A DNA stretch of 64,000 nt from Lingula anatina (Eukaryota; Animalia; Brachiopoda): contig CM120646.1 of assembly GCA_051362555.1 (NCBI GenBank), positions 23,498,001 through 23,562,000 on the forward strand, given 5' to 3'. Below, one piece after another: positions 50,108 to 61,785 of this stretch; position 1 is the first letter of the stretch, and every line of letters begins with the position of its first letter. The position numbers were made by a program, and so were the translations under genes. The notes under the pieces were generated by a model. The model saw only the letters and a program-made list of their open reading frames with translations, was not told the DNA's origin and searched no databases.

Positions 50108-52871
50108 GTTAGTATCCGGCAAACACGAGACGTTTAATAACGTTACTGTAATGTTACCATAACGTTTGAATAACCAAATAACGTCATGTTTTTTAACGTT
50201 ATAATAGCCAAATAAAGCCATGGTAACGTTATAATAATCAAATAATGCCATGGTAACGTTATAATAACCAAATAAAGCTATGGTAACGTTATAATAATCA
50301 AATAACGTCATGGTAACGTTTTAATAACGTACTGTGTTTGCCTGCTAGCTCCAAGACGTGGGACATTTTTTAGTATCAAAACCTAACCATTTTTCTGTAA
50401 AATTAACATAAGATCATATTCTACGAGCTATATTATGTACAATCTACCCCATCTTTGTTCTCATACAGACGGACTGTTTATATTGTACACTTTGTCTTCA
50501 GGTCTGGGGTATTATGGAATTCGGGTATGCTATTTACGGAATCGCTACAGGTAGGAAACAGACTCTGTGCATCACAATTATATTTTACTTATACCAGTGG
50601 GCCTAAATGATGCGTTGGGCAAATTTGAAATATTTTTTATATATGACGAATCTCGTACAATCCACCAGAATCAGATGGCGCACCTCAGGTCACTTGTGTA
50701 GTATACGGCATGTCCATTATACTGATTAATTTTCCTCTACTATTGATGAATGGAGCATGGTTTAGAGATCATTTAATCTGAATCTGCAATGCCTATTTTA
50801 CTTCTTGTGTTTTTATTTACATACTGGGCAACGTGAAAATTGGGACATTGCAATTTGTCAAAATTTGACATGTGTCCTTATTTCAGTCAATCACTTTGCC
50901 AATCCCCATGGCAACGAGACACATTCGATAGACGTCGTCAAGGACAACGTTGTGTTCCCGAGACCGGAGTTGCTGGTTTCTTTAATCCTCAGCGCCTGTT
51001 GGCTCATCAGTGCAGTGGTTCTATTAGTGGGCGTGTCCTCGGTAAGTACGTCGTTTTACTGGCCGTCTCCTTGGTTAGTACATCAAATTAGTGGGCGTGT
51101 CCTCGGCAAGTACGCCACATTTGTGGGTGTGTCCTTCGTAAGAACATCATATTACATGTTGTTGGCGTGTCCTCGATTAAGAAGTTAAGATAACGCAAAG
51201 TGAGCATTTAATGATGCTTAATGTTCTCTCTGAAAGTCGCATAAATGGGGGCCCTCTTATATAAAATAAAACAACTTCACGATGTTTCAGGAAGCTGTTT
51301 TAATGTCACAATGACAGAATGGCTACATTGCGTTTTGGGAGGCTTACTCATTTGTACCATCAACCAGCAGTTGACACGAAAGACATAAATTTAGCTTGTA
51401 TAGGCTCCTGTTTACACGTTATTTACCTGTTTTCTTAGCTATTAGTACATAGTCAGGGCCTTAATTCAAAAATATTTATTAACAGTGCTAAAATGTTCTA
51501 CGGCTTTCCCTAGTCTCCGGTCCAAGTGGTGTTAGGAATTCTCTTTGATTGCTTTGATCAATCAGTGTATCAGTGCTGTGGTTCTGACTAAGCCTACTAC
51601 CAATGTTTAGATATTATGTTTTTTTTCTGGATATTTCACATCCATTTTACTAGGTTTGGTTGATTTATTTCCTTTTACCTTTAATTCGTTTAAGCGCCAT
51701 CGATGGATGTTCATACCTTGGTTGCTTCTCACTGGCCTCCATGCCATCAATGACGTCATTAATATCATCTTAATCTTTGTCTTGAGAGGTAAGTACAAGT
51801 TCATTAAAATCATACATGATTTATAAGTAATTTGTTAACTGGCGCGCCATTTTCGTGTACCTTGCCCAAGTTCAAAGTCTGGTTGTCAATAGATAATTAC
51901 TGAGCGCTTTTTATTTGTTTGTTTGTTTTGTTTATTTTATTTTTTGTGCGTTCGTTCATTTGTTCGTTCGATTGTTTGCTTGTTTGTTTGTTTTCAAATT
52001 TAACAAGACAGTGCTCAGAAACCTTATAACAGAGCGTATAAATATTATACCGAATATGAACATGATGAAGAAAGTTAGTTATGTTATAGCTTGTTTCTGT
52101 ATCAAATAATTTGCCACTATTTATATTTTCAGTACCACAAGTATTTGACTGGGTTATGGTTGCTGTAACTATCGTCATGTTGGTGGGAAATGTAAGTGCT
52201 AGAGATAAACACTGATTGCGTTGCTTGCTCCACTATCGCAATTGTTCTGAAAATTACCTCAAACATGCTGTGTAAAGTGTATAATACATTTGCCTAGCAA
52301 TGTCAGCACGATACTCGTATACTGTCCGTAAATCCATTTTTGTGCCTCGCCTGTGCGGAGGTAGACGGTGCCGTCTAAAATGGCATGCAATCATACAGAT
52401 TGCCGGCTCCTGAAATTTTGTAAAGCTAAATTTTTTGCCAAATTTTGAGACCATAAGCCCAAAGGCCGTGGATGGCATTCTTCGCTTTCCGTACGGGCAA
52501 TGATCAGTGGTCTTTCGGTGATCGTGCAAATGTTTTGAACCTCTTGTTCCACTTTGGAAGGCGTACGATAACTGCACTGAGACTGAAAGGGCTCTGTACA
52601 ATCACTTTCAACCGAAAACCCGATTTATGCCCGCGTGACCTCAAGGTCATGTCGGAGAAATGGCACGGCAGCCGCACATAATGCAAACGTACTCGCCGCA
52701 GCCCAAAGCTGCTTACGATGTCAATGCCGAAAAATTCATATGGAAAAATTGTATACTATTTCATCATGCGGCGCCAGTGGAAAATGCAGTATTCGCATAA
52801 CAGATAATATCCATGTTGAGAAAGAACCACTTTCCTTGGAGTATATAACAAACAGTTAATCTCTCTCTCCC

Positions 52872-52921
<50 letters not shown>

Positions 52922-53590
52922 GTCACGACCATATTATTACACATTTGTTTATTACTATAACACCTTTATTGTACTTACTACATGTAACATATGCACTGTA
53001 TTAGACTTAAATGGATATTTTACATACATTATCCTGGAGATAAACTTATGTTTCTTACGTTTCAGATATACTGTATACTGTGTGTTAGCTACTACTTCAA
53101 AGAAGTTCCCAAAGATAAGAAAAAAGTAAGTTATCACTGTTATTATTATTTCTTCCATGTTCCTTTTAAACGACTTAGCAACCACATTAAAAACATGTTT
53201 CAAGTTGAAAAATAACAAATGTTGAAAAATTTTATATAGAAATGAAAAACTATGCATAATTCCATGACAAATTATCACACCTTTTGAAACTGAAGTACAA
53301 CACATTACTGTAAATACCTTTTACTTTTTTATAAAAAAGTTCCATTCAGCAAAATTGAAGTTAAAAAATAAAGGAAACACCCTAATGTACGATCAAAAGT
53401 TATGTCATAAAAGTCATAATATGTACATTTCATATTTCAGAGAGACGATATACAGCTAGACGAGAAAAAATCAAGAACATCCAAACAGGAGAAAACATAC
53501 CATCCGGTGCCTGAACAGGATCCGGTGCCTGAACAGGATCCAGTAGTCATAGACGATAGCCAACAGCATCCTATACTAGATAAAGTGTAA
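50042..53590 (+). CDS. Gene B: four-transmembrane LAPTM/DUF4728-like membrane protein (~210 aa, 7 coding exons)
   Basis: join(50042..50107,50502..50550,50887..51041,51695..51788,52133..52191,53066..53125,53441..53590); GT-AG introns with phases 0,1,0,1,0,0. MKCCCFCCTLRQG start, LLVGV..R..W.IPW loop and IYCILCV last helix are typical of LAPTM4/DUF4728-type tetraspans. Confidence 0.82.
50115..50345. mobile_element. Small TIR element (MITE) with an internal 30-bp tandem array, in gene B intron
   Basis: Ends ta|tccggcaaacacgagacgtt and aacgtactgtgtttgcctgc|ta. About 4 copies of ttataatarycaaataangycatggtaacg at 50199-50320. Confidence 0.7.
50502..50550 (+). CDS. Gene B coding exon 2 (TM1)
   Basis: Acceptor tcttcag; VWGIMEFGYAIYGIAT; donor GTAGGA. 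Confidence 0.8.
50887..51041 (+). CDS. Gene B coding exon 3 (luminal loop with NET sequon plus TM2)
   Basis: Acceptor atttcag; VNHFANPHGNETH...LLVSLILSACWLISAVVLLVGVSS; donor GTAAGT at 51042. Confidence 0.85.
51023..51185 (+). repeat. 32-bp minisatellite derived from the gene B exon 3/intron junction
   Basis: Degenerate copies of attagtgggcgtgtcctcg|gtaagtacg, with junctions after 51041, 51073, 51105 and 51137, and a decayed one at 51175. Confidence 0.85.
51695..51788 (+). CDS. Gene B coding exon 4 (TM3)
   Basis: Acceptor gtttaag; RHRWMFIPWLLLTGLHAINDVINIILIFVLR; donor GTAAGT. Confidence 0.82.
52133..52191 (+). CDS. Gene B coding exon 5 (TM4 start)
   Basis: Acceptor attttcag; VPQVFDWVMVAVTIVMLVGN; donor GTAAGT. 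Confidence 0.8.
53066..53125 (+). CDS. Gene B coding exon 6 (TM4 end)
   Basis: Acceptor gtttcag; IYCILCVSYYFKEVPKDKKK; donor GTAAGT. Confidence 0.82.
53441..53590 (+). CDS. Gene B terminal coding exon (cytoplasmic tail)
   Basis: Acceptor atttcag; RDDIQLDEKK..TYHPVPEQDPVPEQDPVVIDDSQQHPILDKV*. Confidence 0.75.
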   Translation, partial: RDDIQLDEKKSRTSKQEKTYHPVPEQDPVPEQDPVVIDDSQQHPILDKV

Positions 53591-54194
53591 ATTTAAAACA
53601 CTCGGGACACAACCGGTGTTGATAGCAGGAAGAATAGTCCGTTGATCCCATTAGCTGCATTGACAAATACAACATAACAACAATATCCCCATACAATATG
53701 TTGGCAGCGAAAAACATGATCCAATTATCCAGGTTACCCTCTGAATATGATAGCGTATCCATATTTTCTCTACAACTAATCAAATTGAAATGTTTTACCC
53801 AAGGCACTTTCACAAAGAATACCTCAGAGCCTTTTATAGGGAGTTTTTATTGACAAAATGATGCCGTCTTATCTGGCGTGTGAAATACGAACCGGTCACC
53901 AATAGTGACAAGTGACAGTGTGACATATTACAGATAAACATGGCACCTTACCTCCGTTATACGTAGGAACTTATGTGGTTATTTATATGTGGCCCTTTTG
54001 TTTACTCTTACGGACAGCCCGTCTGTTAGCAGGAGGCAACAAACCATAGACATCAAGAAGTGTAGTTTGCCTTTTATACAGTTTCTGAATACATAAGGTA
54101 TGAATAAAATGCGACCCAGAAATATTTTGGTGTTCATATAGGCGCCTTGTCACACGATTGTTATCCTGTAGAGATTCCCAATATGTGTCGCTGT

Positions 54195-55202
54195 CTAAGT
54201 CGCCTCCGTTTCACATATAAAGTTTGCAGTCATGGTGCATGGTAAGTCATTAAAAAGCCCGTTTCCCCCCCAGTATACTGCACAATCTTCCTTGCTCTCA
54301 TAGTTATCTGGTTGTTCTAACATGGGAAAAACAACTCGTGGTAAATTATGCAGATAGGACATCAGTCAAATAATATGAGTGACATCGTCTGAATTCTCAA
54401 TAAATTTAAGCTAATGATTGGTCTTAATTCCGCATTTTTTATTTCAAATTTTGTATTTTCTGCTAGGCATCACCGCTTTATTTCCATTTCTAATTTAGAG
54501 CATTTCAGTTTGGCAACACAAAAAACAAGGTATATAAGACAGTCTTGCAAATATTTCATACAAATGTAACTTATGTATTTAAAAACAAAAATTACTAAAA
54601 AAAATACAAAGAAAATAACTCAAACGTACTACAAATGAAATGGAAACTAAGCGTGGTGTGTACCTGGGCCCCATGTAATAAAAGGTGCTGGAATGTCGCC
54701 CCATCCAGACAATACCCAGGTACCCTCGGAGGCTTCATCGGTTGCTGAGGTCCACCAACTGACCGTCGTGCGTGCTGAAATTCGATAACTGACATTATTA
54801 CAGTTGGTACCAACTTATAACTGACTTAGTAGATTGCAAGATGACTACAATATACAAAGCCACAACAACATTAAAAGGCTAACTTTGAAGATGTAAAGTA
54901 CATGTAGGTTACACATACAGATGGTTACATTCGTGTTGAAAGCTATTGTTTGATATACATGTATCGCTGTAAATCGTTTGTATGCCCACGTCAGATGATG
55001 TCCTATCAAAAACTTTCCATACCTCTATCTGCGGCAAGATACTGCCTAATAAAATTGTGCTCCTCTTCGTCGTTTACGGCGACTAGCCTTGCTCCCATTG
55101 ACTCACAGTGTTGTTTGGCCTGGGAGAAGTTGGCCGTCAGTGTCATATTGAAGCTGTAGCAACTCCTCTTGTACATAACCTCAAACTGCGGTGGGCACGT
55201 CA
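54195..55202 (-). CDS. Gene C: C-type lectin domain (three exons, QPD motif)
   Basis: complement(join(54195..54316,54664..54774,55023..55202)). Reads TCPPQFEVMYKRSCYSF..ANFSQAKQHCESMGARLVAVNDEEEHNFI / WWTSATDEASEGTWV..TWGP / EQPDNYESKEDCAVY..FNDLPCTMTANFICE..*. All junctions are phase 1 GT-AG. Confidence 0.92.
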
Positions 55203-56803
55203 CTAGTCAAAGGCATTTGTTACAATTGATATGCTATATTTCTACTGTATTTGTAAATTGGTAAACACCATACGTTATCACTAAATTATATTCTTGGTGC
55301 AAAACTAAGGGAGGTAGAATATTGATATCTGTACTGATAGTAATAGATCCAGCAGAAAGCTGTTCTATTTTTCTTTGTTAAGCAAGTAAGCAAGTAATGA
55401 TGATAACGTGGCCTAATTTTAGAAACGCTAGCTGGGATATTAAACCTTAAGTCTTTAAAAGCAAGAACTTGAAATACAATATTTATTTTGAATACAGCCG
55501 GTGTGTTTCTAGACATAAATTACGGTTACGTTCACAGTATAATCCGCCGTGAAGGACAGGGCAGGTACATTGACTAGATCCGTCAGTTAATTGGATACAA
55601 GTCCCGTCATTTTTACACCCACATTCCTGAAAATAATACAGTACACGAGCAATGCCTTCTGTAGAAATTTTGTTACCAATGTCAGTATTTGCATTTTTTT
55701 ATTATTTCTTTACACTCTATACACAAATTAAATAATAGATATGGTATCATTCACTCTCACATACTCACCCCTCATTCTTACGCGTTATTCGTTATCTTAT
55801 AAAATACTAATTGCATTTCCCCATTTTACGGTACCTTGATTTCCTTAATAAAATTTGAATCGACTCGACAAACTATGTAGTCCAGTAAAAAGAACGAGTA
55901 AGAATCATTAATTTTGCTTCATCAAATAAAGGTATTATTTCACCTTTTTACTGATTATGCCATGCAAATTAGTATACATTTCAGACAGCACCTTCTAGCA
56001 CGTATTGTTGTTGTCGCACTTATGTCTGAAACACAGTTTTATGTGCCGGACAAATTGTTCGAAATCGCTATAACAGTTTTCACCCCCCCCCCCCCCCCTC
56101 CAAATAAAAAAAGTGCTGGAATTAGCTTATTCATTTAGGTGTATTTTGATGTAACAGCATTATGCATAGCATATGGCGATTTTTATTTCCGCATTTTAAA
56201 CGAATAGGATTTTAAAAAAATCATAACGTAGGCCTACATTGTACTTAGTTCTTCTAATACAATAGTATGGGCAATAAAGTTTACGCATTAAGAGTAAACA
56301 GTGCATTATTTATGTCATGGTGAAACCAAAGATATGGCAACATTGTTCTACAAAGGCAGACAGTTGGTTTGCTAATGTTTTAAATCTTTAGTATTGGTTG
56401 GATTCACACGCCGTCCTCAGCAGTACTTAACGATTAATTTGAAACACTTTCTGTTTTGACAATGTGATATCATTTCAATTAGAAACGCTGATACTAAACC
56501 CACTGACAAAATAAACCGGTACAACACTCACAAAAATTGATACATTCATTTTAATCTCATTTAAAAGCACCTACTTTTATGTATTACTCTTAGTTTTGGT
56601 TGATTGTTTAACTTTCCTCAGTTGTATCATTTCAAACAAAGCGTGTTATGAATCTTTGATGTTTGTTATTGTCAGTCATAGATACGTGTTACACACTATT
56701 ACAAGTGTAAAACACCATTAAGTTGCCTTGGGAATACATAACGTACGATGTATACAGATACCTGAGATGGATGCATAGAAAAAATATTTTTTGGAAGACT
56801 CAC

Positions 56804-56986
56804 ATCTGTAATTCAACAGATCCGACTTGATAATAGTCATGGTATTGCTTGTGGCATCAACAAAATAGATTTTGCTAAGAAAATGTGCGCCACACTTCTT
56901 GCAGCAGAATATTTGAAGGGTATTGCCGTACCATGAGTGACTTTTTCACATCTAAAATCAGTGAAATTTATGCTGGACTCAATTAT
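56804..56986 (-). pseudogene. Candidate linking exon of gene C, carrying an apparent one-base frameshift
   Basis: Strong acceptor ttttgtttccag and donor GTGAGT. The phase-0 frame is open for 49 codons and the -1 frame is open to the donor. One extra base would join the PAN exon (phase 0) to the CTL exon (phase 1). Confidence 0.4.
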
Positions 56987-57175
56987 CTGGAAACAAAAAT
57001 ATCACATTCTCATCACATCTCTCAACGCCAGGTTTTCTCACAGAGTCACAATCACCATCACTAGTTTTTCTCATTGCAACCTCTGATGAAATGATAAATA
57101 TTATCAATAAAAGACAATGTGTAGCTTACACTGTAAAGACAGTGTTTAGCATTTAAATACATACAACACACGTTA

Positions 57176-59261
57176 AGGCTGGGTTACACTGCGCTTGCAA
57201 CCTTTTTGCAACCTTTTTGCAACCACAAAATCTGGCGGTCGCATGCGATCACTTTGCAAGCTAGTTAAGAAGCTATGGCCAATTTTGATCGGCAAGCAGT
57301 CGCAAACTGGTTGCATAAGGTTGCAGTATGGTATCTGCAACCTCTAATAGGCCATTTTCTAGTTATAGGCTACCAGTCGCACAGCGTTTGCCGAGCGAAA
57401 AACAACCGGTCTGCAACCACTTGGTGCTTGAAAACCGGTTGCAGGACTGTAGCAATCGCTTGTCAACTGGTAGCAGTAAGGTCGTACAGAATATATATGT
57501 TTCCTACTTGTGACATTGCATGTAGCGACTTTCTCATAAATTCCCCCTCTCAAAGGACAAAAAAAGATCTAGTAAAACGGCTTCTTTTCAAAACGTCGGG
57601 ACTGCTATAATCATTGGCTTTGCTTACCTAAGAAGTAAAAAGAATAAAAATCTCGGAAATACTGAGTGAGACCGAGTATTGCAAGACACCCCTTGTAAGG
57701 CGATTACAAACATTTAATGAAAGAACTTGGACTTAAGAATCATGAAGTTTTCATTTCCTCCCTAAAAATAGAGTTAGCAATGTTTTGTGAACTTTTGACA
57801 AGACTACACCCTCTCCAAACGAAATTTGCATACGTTTTAATCCTTATTAATCTTATAATACTCTTTAATATTTTCTTGTTAAAGTACTTGGTCTCTTTGA
57901 GGTCGCAAGGCCTGTGCAGTTACGGTCACACTGAACAAAAAACCTCTTTGCGACTTGCAACTGTCTCCGGTTGCAAAAAGGTCGGCGACCGGTTGCAACA
58001 ACTCGCAAAGTGGTTTCCAAATGAACGCTGGGTTGATACCCGGTTGCGCCGGTTTTCGGTGCAGGACCGATAACCTCCTGGCGACCGAAAACCTACTTGT
58101 GGTATCCAACCGGTTGCTAACAGGTCGCCGACTGCTTTGCAACCGATCTGCAACCGAATATGTGGTTTTCCCTTTGTCTTTTTAACCCCAGGCGTTTGCC
58201 TCTTACAATACAACCTAATTAAATCGTGACATGTCGTGCGAAACGTTTACTTTTTACACTGTCCTCTTTGTAGTGAGGATACCAAACACTGTTAAATTGT
58301 ATGTGTTGAAACTATTTTTATTTAAGATTATTTAACGATCTGTTCAATTATTTGTGGATGATTATTATGGTTGAAATTATGATATTAAATATCAATTATA
58401 CATTTTTGATTAAATTCCTTTTATTTTCCGTTTTCTCTGCATTTGTGTATTTGTTTTATTAGGTACTTTGATAATAAGGCTAAAATTTAAATGACATACA
58501 GCGATATATAATTCAGGTTTTCGGCATTTTACCTATGATTTTTGTAAAATGATAAATAAATAAACGTAGCGTCAAAAAATCGTACATTACTGTTAGCTTT
58601 ACATAATTTTTTTTTTCGTAAGTTTGAAATACGTGGTATATTAAACCTTGGCAATTACTATAAAATCTTGCCAACAAATGCAATTATGTTTTCTTTTTTA
58701 AAACATTATTATTTATTATCTTGATATTTAGAAGGCATACATGACAAATTATGAAAAACAAGTCTTTGCCTAAATATACCATCATTCTACGCCTATTTTA
58801 TTGCAGTCGCTTGCAACCTTCCTGCTACCTATTTTCGAATGCGTGCAATCGGTAAAAAACCTGTTAGCGACCAAGAGACTAAAGACCATCAATCGACCAT
58901 GCAGTTACAATTGCAACCTTCTAGAGACCTGCTGCCGACTACTTGTAACTGTTAAAAGACTTGTAAGCGACCAGTCGACTAAATGCTGTCAATCGACCGT
59001 GCCGTTGCAAATGATATGCTACTGGTTATAGCAACCTACTGACAACCAAGAAGAGACCTGTTAGCAACCTTTAGGATACCGATATCTTTCATCTTTAGTC
59101 GCACTGGTTGTCGGTGCACAAAATATAGTCTTTAATCCTCTACGATCGCAGGAGACCTGTTAGCAACCTTATGCGACCACTTTAAAACCTATGCCAACCT
59201 CCTTGCGACTGATGTTGCAAAGAGGTTGCCAAAAGGTTGCAAGCGCAGTGTGACCCCAGCT
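57176..59261 (+). mobile_element. Internally deleted PIF/Harbinger-type DNA transposon
   Basis: TIRs aggctgggttacactgcgcttgcaacc and ggttgcaagcgcagtgtgaccccagct; TTA on both sides (57173-57175, 59262-59264). Dense GCAACC/GGTTGC motifs. A relic at ~57654-57825 reads RKY*VRP..G.Y..LMKEL..F...LKI...MFCELL..LHP, like a Harbinger transposase N-terminus. Confidence 0.8.
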
Positions 59262-59916
59262 TTAGGCACCTATATAGATCCAATACCAACAACTACATTT
59301 GATCTAATCACCCACATTATTGAAACTTGTTTCATAAAAGGAAACTCCCCGGATTCCCGGTGCTAAGATCTGAAATTGTTCGAACTTTACGTTTTGCTGA
59401 AGTACAGACCTATTTCACACCTTTAGTTTGTTTCAAAGAAACAGGACACATAAAAAACATTACACAAGACGTACCTCCGTATGGAAATTTGACCATATTA
59501 CAATTAACTATTTCAAACCCACACCATTGTGACCTGCCATGTCTGCAAAGTAATAGTCTCATCGACCGCTAATAAATAAATCATATCTCGGATTTTTGGG
59601 AAGATTTATTCCTATTACAGGTAAAAATTGTGTTTTTGAAGAAACCGAGAGCGGTGCAAACTTGAGCAGAAGAAGACTAGGTCAGAAAATAAATCACTTT
59701 CTTCTAAAATACACAAATTCATTTATTCGAGCGTTGGGGTTTTGGGGCTGCAGTTTTTAGTGACCAAAACATTTTATCACATGTCACCTATGATATTTTA
59801 ACCAACATCTTTCTTAACAAAGTTTTATATTTCTTTTTTTATGTACAGACACAGATGTGTCTGTACATATAGCCATCATCTGCGTCTGTCGTCGCCGTCG
59901 TCGCCGTGCACTTTTA

Positions 59917-60700
59917 CCGATAACACGATAAGTGGAAAACCATTTTACCTTTTGACTTGAAACTTGCAGAACTGATGAATTTTCATAATACGCAGGTCAA
60001 GTTCGAAAATCAGCATGATCGGGTCACTTTTAGGGAATTTATGCTGTTTTTTCACTTTTTTCAGCATATATGCAGCACCGATAACACGATAAGTGGAAAA
60101 CCATTTTACCTTTTGACTTGAAACTTACAGAACTGATGAATATTCATAATACGCAGGTCAAGTTCGAAAATCAGCATGATCGGGTCACTTTTAGGGAATT
60201 TATGCTGTTTTTTCACTTTTTTCAGCATATATGCAGCACCGATAACACGATAAGTGGAAAACCATTTTACCTTTTGACTTGAAACTTACAGAACTGATGA
60301 ATATTCATAATACGCAGGTCGAGTTCGAAAATCAGTATGATTGGGTCACTTTTAGGGAATTTATGCTGTTTTTTTCACTTTTTTCAGCATATATGCAGCA
60401 CCGATAACACGATAAGTAGAAAACCATTTTACCTTTTGACTTGAAACTTACCGAACTGATGAATATTCATAATACGCAGGTCAAGTTCGAAAATCAGCAT
60501 GATTGGGCCATTTTTAGGGAATTTATGCTGTTTTTTCACTATTTTCAATATAAATGCAACACTGATAACACAATATAAGAAAAACGGATTGGCCAATTGT
60601 AATTATACTCACAGGAGTGGTCAATCTTACTAAAACGCAGGATGAGTTCGAAAATCAGCATAATCGGGCCATTATTTTAGAAGTTATACTGTTTTTTCAC
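59917..60700. repeat. 161-bp tandem repeat: 4 near-identical copies plus 1 diverged
   Basis: Unit starts ccgataacacgataagtggaaaacc at 59917, 60078, 60239 and 60401; diverged copy at ~60562. Confidence 0.95.
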
Positions 60701-61099
60701 ATGTCTTCAGATTCAATTATTAGGCATGTTAACAGTCTCATTATTTAACTAATAAGATGCCTAAAAGTGTTTGTTTGATATTTCCTGCATCTTTACAACA
60801 TTGCTAGTTGATTATGTAAAAAACATGGTAAACTTGTTATCATGTATTGTGTAATAAAGTGTCAAAAATGGAAATAAACTCATATCATTGCAGTTTGTCA
60901 GATTCAATCATCCACTATGTTCAGAATCTCAGAATGGAGGAAATTGGACATTTAACACTGTTCTATTGATAGTTTTCCCATCTCATCAATTTTCTTAGTT
61001 GGTCATATAAAAATGGCAGTAAAATGTTTATTTTGTTTTATGTTAAAAAAGTGTTAAAAATGGAAAGAAACCCATTTCAGAACAGTGCTGTCTTGTTTA

Positions 61100-61785
61100 C
61101 ATTTTGGCATTTTCAAGGTGTGACTTTGAAGTTCCATGGGCCTGAAGACCTTTGCTAGTCACATTTTCTGAATATCTGTGATACAAATATTTTATAATTA
61201 AAAATTGATGGTCATTAAGCCGTTAAACATTATGTAATATTACATCAAAATTTGAAGAAACCCCTATTTTGGGCACTGCTTCCATGATGACCATTTAAGG
61301 AAAATCATGTCACTTACTGTTCTCAAACTTACAGGAAAGAAACCTGGGACTAAAATACAGCTTCAGTAGGCAATGCAGTCTGTTTGGTTTTTTTTTTTTT
61401 TTTTTTTGGCAGTTAAACAGTTTTTTGTGAAAATTTAATTTTTCACATATTGGCATTTACAGGTGTGACTTTAAAGTTCCATGATCCTGAAGACTTTTGC
61501 TTGTCACATTTTCTGAATGTCCATGTTACTAATATTTTATTAATAACATTTGATTGTCATCATGCTGTTCAACATTATGTAATGTTGCATCAAAATTTGA
61601 AGAAACCCTTATTTTGGGCACTGCTCCTATGATGACCATTTAAGGGAAATCATGTCACTTACTGTTCTCAAACTTACAGGAAAGAAACATGGGTCTAACA
61701 TACAGCTTCAATAGGCAATGCAGTCTGTTTGGTAAATTTTTCTGGCAATTTAACAGTTTTTTGTGAAAATTGAATTTTTCACTTA
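61100..61785. repeat. ~345-bp tandem duplication (2 diverged copies)
   Basis: ggtgtgactt at 61117 and 61462. aaaatttgaagaaacc...catgtcacttactgttctcaaacttacaggaaagaaac occurs in both copies. Confidence 0.9.

Noticed and set aside
49991-50311. 106-aa ORF with LF(D/G)YYNVT repeats
   Set aside because: It is a read-through of the 30-bp array inside a MITE, antisense to gene B.
52250-52790. GC-richer patch with several short ORFs in gene B intron 5
   Set aside because: Probably a decayed DNA-transposon fragment; no TIR/TSD could be fixed and no compatible exon was found.
59917-60700. Regular repeats that could suggest a CRISPR array
   Set aside because: The units are contiguous 161-bp monomers with no unique spacers, there are no cas genes, and the context is eukaryotic.
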